Origin: Klebsormidium nitens
Taxonomy: Eukaryota; Plantae; Klebsormidiophyceae
Direction of reading: 5' to 3'
NCBI GenBank assembly: GCA_000708835.1
Contig: DF237309.1
Coordinates: 12,862-76,861 of the forward strand
Length of the DNA stretch: 64,000 bases
Part shown: positions 42,701 through 54,306 of the stretch, in pieces
Layout of the letters: the number at the start of each line of letters is the position of its first letter
Numbering within the stretch: the stretch's first letter is position 1
Translations under genes and position numbers: made by a program
The notes under the pieces: model-generated
The model's input: only the letters and a program-made list of their open reading frames with translations
Database searches by the model: none
What the model was told of the DNA's origin: nothing

Positions 42701-44961
42701 TACGAAAGCAATGTTATTGTGAGAATGATGACCAAGCTCACAACCGTAGATTCGCTTGCTCCCGCTGCCTTTACTGCTGTGCAATTTTGCTCTCTGCTGG
42801 ATCAAATCAAAACAAGTATCTATTCTAATGGATTGCGCGTGTTTGCTAACGCGGGCTAACATGAGTGCGAGCCCAAGGATCCGGACATTCTCAATGTTCG
42901 ATTCCTTGAAAGGTCAAGAAACTTTCCCCAGGTGACGAAGTCCGGCAACGAGTACGTGCTGCGCACCGACCCCGGCGTGCGCGTGCAGGCGCGCGCGCAC
43001 AAGATGTCCAAGTCGCGGGGCAACGTCATCAACCCGGACGACGTCGTGTCCGAATACGGCGCGGACAGCCTGCGCCTGTACGAAATGTTCATGGGTCCGC
43101 TGAAGGAGACCAAAGTGTGGAGCACTAATGGCGTAGAGGGAGTGCACCGCTTTCTGGCGCGTGCGTGGCGGCTGGTCGTGGGCCAGAAGGAGGGCGCTGA
43201 CGTCAGCGTGACGGAGAACGAGCCGAGCGAGGGGCAGCTGCGCACGCTGCACGCGTGCATACAAAAGGTGCGGCGTCTGATCTGGGCGGGTCGAAGCTAC
43301 TTGATGCGTGCTTATTGAATCTCAAACTTACACCTACACGACTCACCGAGGATGATGTGCTCGGTAAGGTTTCTCTTCTGTGAGCTCAGTAGGCTCAATA
43401 AAGTAAGTCGCTTCAGAATGAAACAGCCCACATCCGGATTGCTTGTTATCAAAAGTGAGTAAGCCGCTTGTTGCAATTGGTATCTGGGGCGAGCTTCCAA
43501 CGTGACTTCACTGATTCATCTGACGTTTTGAGAACCTGAACGCAAAATCCTGATTGTCAACAATGAAACTGGCCTCAGGTGACGGAGGAGGTGGACAACA
43601 TGCGCTTCAACACGGGCATCGCCGCCATGATGGAGTTTGTCAACGCCGCCAACAAGGTACGCAACTGTCACCATACAAGGGAATCACACGCCGGGGCTAC
43701 AGCTGTTTGCATCAAACTTGCCAACCCAGTTTAGATTTTGAATCTGGTCCGCAATGTTTGGCCGTCCGATGCCTTTGCATCGTCGATCGGACGCTTGAAG
43801 TCAGGAACCATGCTCGGAGCGTTCGGAACGCGAAAACAAGTACGACACGTATCGCCCCTGCGAACAAGAGCGTTCAAAGTGCGCGAGATAGCTTTCCTCC
43901 TTCCAGTCTCTTTGAGTCGTTCAGGGCGGATGGTTGGGTCTTTTTCAAGAGCCGTAATGAATGCACCGTGCCCTTCTCTTGGATGCGCCAGCCACGAGGC
44001 CGTCGAGGCAGATTTCTGCCTAGCAGACTGGTACGGACCAGGGTTCAGTTTGCACTTGCCTTTTACGCTCCGTTTTCTGCCGTCCACTGGAAGCGGCACC
44101 ACCACTACAGATACATTTGGCTCCATCCTGCCGAAGTCTGGCGCAGCGCCTGAGCTCCTCAGTCCTACTGCGATAAGATCTGAGCCCACCGTCAATCTGA
44201 TAGGGAGCCCTTTCACCCTGCACGGAATTCCTTCATCAAGTCTCTGATACCTTTTTCTGCACCAGTGGGATGACCGGCCCCGCGCCGCACTGGAGCCGTT
44301 CGTGCTGCTGCTGTCGCCGTTTGCGCCGCACGTCGCGGAGGAGCTGTGGCACCGCCTGGGGCACCCCGACTCGCTCGCGTACCAGCCCTGGCCGCAGGTG
44401 ACTAAGACCTTTAAATCACCCAAGCTGAAGATGACTCGTTTCATTTGGGCTATGTGTTCGAGTCGCGTGACCTTGTCAGCTCATCGAACCATTCCGATAA
44501 TGGGTCAAAACGTAGGGGTGACGTACGTCTTTCCGCCGAGTGATCGTCAGAGATGCTCCGTCAGCAGACAGATTCCTCCGGACTGGGTCGCTATCGTTTC
44601 TTCTATGGTGCAGCGTGTGCCACGAATTTTGCCTTCTTATGCATCCGTCCCCTACGAACCCAACCATTTCGAATCCTTCGGCACACCATCTTTTCACAAA
44701 GTCGGTGGAAATAAAACGTCCTTTTTGCCATTTGTGCCGCAGGCCGAGGAGAAATACTTGGTGGCCAACTCGTTCGTGCTGCCGGTCCAAGTGAACGGCA
44801 AGACGCGGGTGACGCTCGAGCTGCCGGTGGGCATCGACCAGGCGGCCGCTATGGCGCGCGCGCTGCAAGAAGAGGCGGTCGCTAAGTACACCGACGGGAA
44901 GGAGATCAAGAAGACGATCTACGTGCCCGGCAAGATCCTCAACCTAGTTGTTGGCAAGTGA
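36798..44961 (+). CDS. leuS: Leucyl-tRNA synthetase, bacterial type, organelle-targeted (about 13 exons)
   Basis: Ser/Ala/Arg-rich transit-like N-terminus, FPYPS|GAGLHVGH (HIGH motif), CP1 editing motifs TTRPDT and [39 protein letters not shown], and C-terminal [12 protein letters not shown]. Confidence 0.97.
41295..41467 (+). repeat. Degenerate tandem duplication (period about 98 bp) of a LeuRS acceptor plus exon start
   Basis: 41311 cacgtgttcaaatccaagcgggcgggccgcgagacgagaaacctacacaatgccgcagt versus 41409 cacgtgtccagatccgagcgggcggcccgcgcgacgagaaaccaacacgatgccgcagt. Confidence 0.85.
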
Positions 44962-45975
44962 CGGGGAGTAAGTTCACGGGGCCTTTTTAAGCCAGCGGCA
45001 GGAACGGGAGGGACGTCTAATAGACAATATACGTGCTTGGGACGACCTCGATTTAGTTGGGCACAAGCGAGGGGGTTCGTGCATAAGAGCGCGAGAGACG
45101 ACAGGAACTGCCGCGTTGTGGCCAGGCTAATTGCAGCAATACAGCATTATAAGGAGCTGCACAAACCCGCTGATAAGATGGAGCTGCACAAACCCAAAGC
45201 TGGCCGCCAGCGTCTCAGACATCTGCACTAAGACTTGCGCCAATCAGCGTGCACAACGTTGTCGTGCCTTTGAGCTCCATGACTCTGTGCGCGGCCCTGA
45301 TTTGCAAGAGTACTTGTATCGTCCTAGCTGAAGTCAAGGCTAGTCGCATGCTGATGTCTCGAGGGGTGGACTCCGACTGCTTGCCAGTACTAACGCTTGC
45401 AATAATTCAACAATAAGAACTGCGTCATGGGGGCTAGTCGATGCCCGGTGCCAGCTCAGTCACTGTCGTGCTAGACCGCGGGCCAACGTATGGCCGGGCG
45501 CGATCGAGTATGCACGCACGCGGTGCAGTGAGCAGACCCTTTGCGACCATGCTGTGAGCGTTTACTGAGCTCCCAAGTACGTGACTTAGCCTAGTAGACA
45601 AGTCTAAAGAATGAGAGCACTGATGTAAGGACATGAACGACTTAAGAACATCTAGAGCATGATTCGATTATGCATGAGCATACTGTGACACGCTTCATAC
45701 ATGTTAGACCGCCCAGAAGGGCGGCGGGGGCTTGCCTCTCTGGGGTGAGACTGGGCAGAATTTTAAAGGTCCATATTGTGGCGTCTACTTGTGCGTGGCT
45801 CTGTCATGCGCGAGCGCGCGCACAGACGCTAGGCTTAGTCCGTACAACACCTTGCGGTATGCACCGTAGGTAGGTGCACAGTGCGTACCAGGTTGTCTGG
45901 CACTCTTCTTTCCGGGCACTTTGGTCCAATCTGAAAATCCTTCGGGTGCAATAGTGAAGCAGTCCACTATAGAGC

Positions 45976-46848
45976 CGCAAATGGAGCCTGTATTTGCATT
46001 TCTGCAGGTTTTACATCTGACATCTGCATATTTCTATAAACGCAGCTTAAATACTGCACGTATGTACTTTCTCATTGGAATAATTGCATTGCTGCACAAA
46101 TACAGGACACATATTGCATATATGCACTTGAAGCACTGCATAAGTGCACAACTGCACTTTTGCATGTTTGCACGTTTGCATATTTGCATATTTGCACATC
46201 TGCACACCGGTGAATTTGAGTGCCGAGGTTCATCTGCCGGACACTGTAGGTGCCAGGTACGGTACCCCTTAGGTACCAGAGGTCAGTTATAGAGCAATAT
46301 GGACCTCAGGTCGTCATGCGGTACCCTTGCCAATTGTTCCTTTTCTCACCCGGTAACATCCTCTGGAGCCCCCGATCAGTCTCCGTCCAACCGGGCGTTT
46401 CGGGATGTTAGGGGGCAAATCATTGATAATCAGTCCCCAATGAGCGGATCTCAGGATGCATTTACAACCGTCGGATGATCCGCCGTTAATGGTGGTCCCG
46501 TTGAGCGCGAGCGTGAGCGTGTAGGTGCCAGCCTGCGAAATGCTGTAGCTGCCTGCTCGTGATGGCGTTGCCGTACTGGTCCGCGGCTTGCACCGTGAAC
46601 GTCAGATTCGCACCGGCCAGGCCCCCACTGATGCCCGCAGTCGGCGGCAAACGACTAATACGCTATTAGTTCGCAAAGGGGAAGTTGCAATACCTTATGA
46701 GATAGTACCTACCTACATATGCACATATGCAGACCTATAATGCACAAAACGCGAATATGCAGACCTCTACACACAAAAGTGTTATAATGTGCTCGTGCGC
46801 TGCACAATATTAGAAAATGCAGAAATGCATATTCTGTATCCATTTGCG
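45976..46848. mobile_element. Probable non-autonomous TIR element (about 870 bp) with TGCA-rich subterminal arrays
   Basis: Nested inverted matches: cgcaaatgga 45976-45985 with 46839-46848, tgcatttctgca 45995-46006 with 46818-46829 (same 9-nt spacing on both sides), and tctgcatatt 46023-46032 with 46754-46763. No target-site duplication or transposase was found. Confidence 0.55.
46470..46650 (-). pseudogene. Isolated, internally deleted filamin/Ig-like repeat fragment
   Basis: Reads GLAGANLTFTVQAADQYGNAIT, then shifts frame to AGSYSISQAGTYTLTLALNGTTINGGS. These are the start and end of a filamin-type repeat with the middle missing. Confidence 0.6.
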
Positions 46849-48304
46849 CTGCCATCGTCCACTGCAGATAAGCGTCATTTGAATTTTGATTTTATCGCTC
46901 ACTGCCCGGGGTACTGCACAGTGTCGCACACTGTCAGCCTCTCGGCAGCGGTATAAACCAGCTATTTCAACCTCGTAATGCAACGTGGCAGCTTCAGAAT
47001 TGTCCTGTTCGGAGAAATCGAGGTCAAAGTTGAACAAACGTTACATGATTACGGCATTTTGCGGCGGCGGCCTCGCGTCCGCGAACGATTTGTAGCACCA
47101 ACTCGCCGCAGCCGTGCGGCGCAGTCTGAGCTTGCTGTACATTATGGTCTGGAACTTTTGGGGTATTCTCCGTACGTTATCGTATTGAATGCCGGGCAAT
47201 TAGAAAAGGCAACAGACTGGGCGTGCTTATCTTCCGCAGAGCCACGTCGTACAGCGTCGCACGAAACGCGGTTTCATGGAATGCAAAAGCTTGCTATTTT
47301 ACTTCGTAAAAAAGAGGCAAGCCAATATGCGCTTCAATGCAGTCATGCATCGCCCAGACATTGCCTAAGCATATATGTGCGCGCGTGTCGATCATGCATC
47401 ATTTGACTGAGATACTTTACAAAAGAGGCTTCATTGCTTGATGTTGCACTGGCTAGAGTGGTTGAAGGGATTGCAAGTTAAGTCTGATAGGAAGCTGCAG
47501 AAGCTAACGTTGTGCACAATCTGTGTATAATCACAAACCTAGCGACTGCATGCCAGCGTGGCCGACGCGAGCTCGTCAGACTCGGCTCTGTTTCGGTTGC
47601 TTTTCGCCGGATCTAGCGGGTGGTGGCAGTCGAGATCGACGGCCCTGGTTTGCATGACGCTTATCGTCACGCTGCCCTGCATGCTTCGAGTAGGGCAAAC
47701 CCGATTGCTGATGCTTGATTCGATGAACATCGCATGTCACTGAAAGTGTAAGCGGTTTGCATCGTCTTGCAACGATCGCTTGACGGGAGGGCTACACCAC
47801 TGACCAGACGCCACATCTGAAACGACCAAGGAATTTTCACTTGAATGGACTCGCATCTGAAAGGTGTCGACGCCATGACAGAAATGCTGTTAGTTTGACA
47901 GAAGAACTTGCAACAGATCTGGCTTGCCAGTAGGGACCTTCTCAAAGCGTCGACGTGCCAACCCCTCAAAACATTGGTCATGGGCTCCCTGCAGCGTCCT
48001 CGGATGTTGGGCACAAGCGATCCAGAGAGTAGTTTCTGTTTTCTCATAACGACTTGCTAGACCACAACGCTCGCAATCATTATTATTGAATACTGCTTCA
48101 AATCAAAGCACTCTGATTGAGCTAGTGTTTCAGCTTCCTTTTCAGTCAAATATAGACCTCAAAGCTGGTCATTGTTTCTGTGTGGTCCTGTGGAGAGGTT
48201 GAGCAAGGAAGCTACAGGAGCTGACGTTTGTACATAGGCCGCTGTGATCTTTCGAACAAACTTCTCATCTGCAAAGTGTCACAGAACAGAACGGACGAGA
48301 GAGG

Positions 48305-51075
48305 ATGACGCAACGGGGCGAGTCTGGCGTCAGCAGGGAGCAGCTCAAGGAAGTGGACGACGTGGCGCAGGTCCTCTCAGAAGTCTTTGACGTCACCCCG
48401 GAGTATGTGCGTGGCGCGTTCACGTGCGTGTGGCAGGTGGGCACTTTCGTGGTGTTCTGAAAAACGGTGCAAGCACCCACTGTGAATATGCCAGGCAATC
48501 CGAAGGCAGCTGCTGACGTCAGGGGTAGGCTGCTGCCTGAGAAGCAAAACTTGGGCTGCTGACGTGTTGTTGCGGATGAAAAGCAGATTTTACGCTACGT
48601 TTCTCCTCCGGGTCAAACTTGCAATCTGGGATCCGCTCCTTGAAAACAATCTGCTTGAGAAAAAGTCTTGTCTGGTATCTTGCATCACGTCCATGTCTTA
48701 AAGCTCGATATATGATCCAACTTTCTGATCCAAAGTGGACCGAAAAATGGAGTCGGAACGTTGCAGCCATTTTCTCAAGCTAGACTAGAGTCCAAACACT
48801 GTCTGCTTTCGACATCGCAGAACTATGGATTCCAGCAGGAGGCGTGGGCTGCCATCAAGGAGGATGACTGGGCTGACATCACAACGTACATTGTAGATGA
48901 CCTCAGAGCAGCGAACCCAAATGATGACGTGAGCATATCGGCAGTCCCCGGGGCTGCGGTTGACCACCCACAAGAAGATTCATATTGTGAGTTGTCTGCG
49001 CCGTTGTCGAAGTAGCTTGTATTCAGTTTTCCTTTCATTCTGAATAAAGTGGATGCAAAGTAGCTCGCGTTTCAAACGTTTTGATGAAGCCAGAGACATA
49101 ACAAGGAGTCTTCAATCAAGCGCACTGAGTCGAAACACGAAGGATGCCTTCTGGATCGCTACAGGGCGTGATTTTGATACGATTTTACCAGATAAGCATT
49201 TTCAGGTTTGCATATTCGTAGTTGTGCTTCCGAAATAGGATCTACAGAAAAGCGCGAGGCAAAGTACGAATCGGCGACAAACATGCGGGATTCTTTACTG
49301 ACAATTTCACGCGACTGTTCTCCCTCTTAACTGAGTCTCTTGATGACTCGAAGGTCCTCATGGGCGCAGAATGATGTGCCGCTTCATCCAAAAAGCACTC
49401 GAGTAACTCGCGGGAAACGTTTCGAGTGCTGAATCAGATTTATGACCCACCAACGGTCACCTTAATATGCTTCGCGCAAAGGTACTTTTAGCTAGACACT
49501 TATCTGACCGTAGTTGTTGTCACCTTGCAGGGTTCCTTCCAAGATCAGAGCAGGGCGACGGAGGAAGTGCCGCTTCAGATCCCCGAGCAAAGACCAGCAA
49601 TATACCTAGTCAACTCTCCGACGGAGAAGCGCACTCAGAAGACTACGCCCAATGCTTAAGCGGCATTCCCGCGGTGTCGAAAGCGAGGGATCCCCCTCCC
49701 GGTGGGGGAACTGAGGATCTGACAACTGGTGGACGCGGCTCGAGAAATGTGGCACAAATCTGCGCCCAGAAGCAAGCGATGGGCGAACAAGAAAATCCAT
49801 TCGAGCAGTCGCTTTCCCCTCTTGAGCGCAGCAAAGCCACACTTCGTTTCAGAACTCCCCGCCGTAGGAGCCCAGACCGTGCACTGGAAGCGAGGACAAC
49901 TCCGGAATGCAACTTCCGACTTTCGGAATCAGCCGTCCCCACTTTGCCCAGGCCTTGATGAGAACGGTAAAAATCCAGTTGCACAAAGTGGGCCGCAGCA
50001 TCGGGAGGGGCTAACTTTAGCGGCCTTGGCGATCCAACCGGTACGAGGAAACCGTGAAGAGCGGGTGGTTTCTCCCGACATCTCGAGGGGGAGGGAGCGC
50101 GTGCCAATCTCGTGCGTCAATGCCTACACGGAGGACAACCTGCCCAAAGGCTTCCGCTACATGACAGGCTCCGTTCCGTTCGACGTGAGTAACAGAACAG
50201 GTTCGGAGCGGCTTTCATAGGTAACCCTCTAGTTGAACTGAAAGCTAAGGTCTCAGGGCAGCTATTATTCATGAAAGTCCTCGGTTTTCCCCCTTCAACG
50301 ACCAGCATTTTGGCAATTCAATCGGAATGTCGGTTACTTTTTCATCACTTCTGAGCCAAACACGATCCTCTATGTCCCACTCCAAGGCTTGGAAAACTAC
50401 CAAATCATATCTCGTAGAGATCTCTTTGTATCAACTGAATCCTCCAGATATCATTGTGATGCCGGGCGCCAAATTCATTCCCCTCGATTCCGCATACATT
50501 TGTCTCGAACTCAGGCCAGCGCATTTCAACTTTCAAGGAAAGGAATAAAGAGCGCCTGGAGGCCTCATTTTCGTTTCGCTTTGTCTTTTGTGGCCAAAAG
50601 TAGCCGGGAATTTTGCCCAGGCCGTATGAAACCCCTGAACTTGGCCTCGTTTGCTTTTGCAGAGAGCCCGGAAGTACGCCCCAGGATGCCTCTCCCGCCT
50701 GGTCGATCAGGACCAGTGCCGCTGCAAGGGTGACTGCGTGGGTCGGAAGTTCGAGTGCTGGTGCACAAACATCACCCGGGGATCCTACGCGTACAACCGG
50801 GAGGGGCAACTGAGCCAGCAGTTTCTGCGTCAAGAGGTAGGCCCTCTACGCTCTGTTGCTCTATTTACCGTTTGTGCCCAAGCATTGCAACATTCTCTTG
50901 CCGCCAACAGGACTTGCGATCCGTACCAAGGAATTGTGACCTTAAATTTCGTGGTTTTATTACGACTGGTTCTGGCTGCTTCGACTGGTTCTGTTCTATT
51001 GTCCGCGACTGTGTTGAACACGTGACAACTTTTGCGAAGACAGTTCATGCTGAAGAAGACTCTGCGGATGCATGA
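48305..51075 (+). pseudogene. SUVR1/2/4-like gene with WIYLD-like domain and pre-SET but no SET domain (truncated gene or pseudogene)
   Basis: VRGAFTCVWQ|NYGFQQEAWAAIKEDDWADITTYIVD (WIYLD-like), DISRGRERVPISCVN...LPKGFRYM, and CLSRLVDQDQCRCKGDCVGRKFECWCTNITRGSYAYNREGQL (pre-SET). The next candidate exon stops at 51075 with no SET motifs. Confidence 0.65.
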
Positions 51076-51297
51076 TGGAGTCTAGGAGGGTGGAAAAAAA
51101 GAAACTGAAAAGACCACGCATTGACGGCCATGAAGAAAGGCTGCTTGACAATCAGACTGACCAGATCCTCTCCGACTCGACGAGACTGGTAGAGATTCTG
51201 TTCCCGGTTATCCTGCGGAGTCCGCTTGCTTGAAAAGGGCAAAATTCTGCTCTCTTCTTGTTTGAAGTGCAGCTCGACCGGATGAAGGACATCGGAA

Positions 51298-51838
51298 ATT
51301 AGGGACTTCGCCGGATGTATGCCGGAAGTGTGCCGAGCCCAGACCGCTCACGCCGGCTGTGTGCCGGCTTTTTGCCGCGTGTACCCCGCGGCTGCCGCGT
51401 GTACCAAGGCTGCTGCCGGTACGGGTAAGCCGACTGCCGACGCTCATCACGCGGCAGGGCGCCGGCGACAACTATCGCCGGTCCGGCGGGACCTGGTGCC
51501 GGGCGGCTTTCCGGCTGAATAATCAGAAAAGCTTGGTGCCGGCAGGACAAACCGGGGGTTGTGCCGCCACACTGCCGGCCGGTATTGCAGGTGCCGCGGC
51601 CGGTCTCGGAGATCGCCGGAGCATATGGGCAGGTGCTGCCGGCCGGCTTGGTCGGCGAGTTACTATCGGTACTATGCGGTGCCGGGGTTTGCCGGCTGTA
51701 CGCCGGATGGGGCCGCGTGTAAGCCGTAGGCGGCCGCGTGTACGCCGGCAAGTGCCGTGTACGCCGGCTAATGCCGTGCCGGCAACTGTGATGCCGCTAG
51801 CCGCGCGAATGATCAAATATGCAACACGAATCGGTCAT
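51298..51838. repeat. GCCG/CGGC-rich block, copy 1 (copy 2 at 53422-53962)
   Basis: Dozens of gccg/gccggc words on both strands. Flanked on each side by catcggaa (51290-51297 and 51839-51846). Confidence 0.75.
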
Positions 51839-52182
51839 CATCGGAAGAAGCGCGCACATAGCTTTCAAAGCCTCTAGTTCCTGCATAATCCAGCTGAAAT
51901 ATGGCCCTCATGCTTCTGGAATGCAATTGCAGCTAAATAGCGGAAGCAAACAACATTGAATGAAACTGAATAATACTGAATGCCCTGATAATCAAGAACA
52001 AATCGTGAATGAGTTGTCATCTTATCAGACTGTGCAGTTCTGATGTGCAGGAATTTGAGCCGTGAGGACTTTGTTACAAAACAAGGTTGTTCTCTGTGAA
52101 CTGTTACGCTATCAAGTTGATCTTTTATGTACATTCTCCACAGGAGCTGATTACTACTATTCTATACTTCCCCTACTCTTAT

Positions 52183-53157
52183 TTACACTACGTACTTGCC
52201 CGGCCTCTTCTTAACCGGGAACCTCCACTCCCCCTGCCCCAGCTTGAGCATAAGGGCCCAGTCCGACTCCATCAGAGTCACCCTCTTGGCGTGAATGGCA
52301 TAGAGGTTTGCCTCCTCAAACATCTTGACGAGGTAGGCCTCCGCCGCCTCCTGCGGTGCGTCGTACGCCTCTTCCGCAAAGCTGAACAAACAAGAGTCGG
52401 TTGACAAAGTGCAAAGTCGCGAGTTCAAGCTACGACGCACAAACTCCAACGGACAACAGCCTCGCTCGTCTTTCGGATCGTATGCGCTCGCAAACTCAAA
52501 CTGAAGACCTTGTTCCTATTCGGGGCACAGATCTATAGAACAGCCCATCAACTTCATAAGAAAGTTGAAACCGCCCATCAACAAATTCAAGCTTATGAAC
52601 ACAGCCCATCAACAATTTTATCTTTGACGAACCAATCAGTAGAAGCATTATGACGACAGCCCATCAACTAAAATTGACAGGCTGGAGTTATAATTCGAAG
52701 CTTCGCGGATGTGGCACAGACCTCTTCGTTGAAAATAACAACCTGATTCATTTGTAGGAATGTTCGCGCCATGATTAAAACCTGAGACACAACAAACCCC
52801 AAAACCTCTGTGGCTGATTCATCGACCACGGCGCAATGTAAGAATGCTCAACAACAATGCAGTCCTTTAGAAGGAAAAGGTTGCATGCAACACTTACTGC
52901 GTGACCACTCCTTTCTTCGGTTGCACCTTCTCTGAGTCCATGACCTCCTTGCACAACCTGCGGAACGCCGTCTTCTTCAGCAGCAGCTCGGATGTCTTCT
53001 GGTACTTTCTGATCTCGCGCAGCGCCACTGTCCCAGCCCTGTACTCGTGCGGCTTGATGACCGGGGGCGCCGTCATCCTAGGGCACTTCGTTGCGGTGGC
53101 CTTCCGCTCCTGAGCCACCCCTGTGCTAGAGCTTGGCAGCTGCTTCGTTCGCGCCAT
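52183..53157 (-). CDS. Divergent histone H3 variant, copy 1 (exons 53157-52898 and 52381-52183; 152 aa)
   Basis: [72 protein letters not shown]...TH|[37 protein letters not shown]. The CA|GTAAG...TTCAG|C splice gives an intact 459-nt frame. Confidence 0.9.
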
Positions 53158-54306
53158 GCTTACTTGCGTCGGCGAAGGGTGCGAGTTGGCAAAAGGCTTT
53201 GCTAAAGCAAGGGCAAACGGGCGCCTTCAAAGAAACGACCTTTCAAAGTTATGGGGACAGGCGGTTCGTCGGCTTCCGATATGTCCATGGACCTCGGGCA
53301 GCCTGCGCTTCAAGACTCGAAAACAGCCTACTGCAGTCATGTGTGAGTGTCAACTCGTTCGACGAAGCAGAGTCATGGAGTNNNNNNNNNNNNNNNNNNN
53401 NAAGCGCACCTTCCATCGGAAATTAGGGACTTCGCCGGATGTATGCCGGAAGTGTGCCGAGCTTAGACCGCTCACGCCCGATGTGTGCCGGCTTTTTGCC
53501 GCGTGTACCCCGCGGCTGCCGCATGTACCAAGGCTGCTGCCGGTACGGGTAAGCCGACTGCCGACGCTCATCACGCGGCAGGGCGCCGGCGACAACTATC
53601 GCCGGTCCGGCGGGACCTGGTGCCGGGCGGCTTTCCGGCTGAATAATCAGAAAAGCTTGGTGCCGGCAGGACAAACCGGGGGTTGTGCCGCCACACTGCC
53701 GGCCAGTATTGCAGGTGCCGCGGCCGGTCTCGGAGACCGCCGGAGCATATGGGCAGGTGCTGCCGGCCGGCTTGGTCGGCCAGTTACTACCGGTACTATG
53801 CGGTGCCGGGGTTTGCCGGCGGTACGCCGGATGGGGCCGCGTGTAAGCCGTAGGCGGCCGCGGGTACGCCGGCAAGTGCCGTGTACGCCGGCTAATGCCG
53901 TGCCGGCAACTGTGATGCCGCTAGCCGCGCGAATGATCAAATATGCAACACGAATCGGTCATCATCGGAAGAAGCGCGCACACAGCTTTCAAAGCCTCTA
54001 GTTCCTGCATAATCCAGCTGAAATGTGGCCCTCATGCTTCTAGTATGCAATTGCAGCTAAATAGCGGAAGCAAACAACATTGAATGAAGCTGAATAATAC
54101 TGAATGCCCTGATAATCAAGAACAAATCGTGAATGAGTTGTCATCTTATCAGAGTGTGCAGTTCTGATATGCAGGAATTATAGCCGTGAGGACTTTGTTA
54201 CAAAACAAGGTTGTTCTCTGTGAACTGTTACGCTATCAAGTTGATCTTTTATGTACATTCTCCACAGGAGCTGATTACTACTATTCTATAGTTCCCCTAC
54301 TCTTAT

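Noticed and set aside
46978-47406. 142-aa ORF next to the TIR element as a transposase fragment
   Set aside because: No DDE, zinc-finger or other transposase motif is visible.
51290-51846. GCCG block as a hAT element with an 8-bp TSD
   Set aside because: The catcggaa direct repeat is present but matching TIRs are not, so it is kept only as a repeat.
51299-51877. Long ORFs on both strands of the GCCG block (and at 53423-54001)
   Set aside because: Stop-poor because of extreme GC content; Arg/Ala/Pro/Gly low complexity with no domain.
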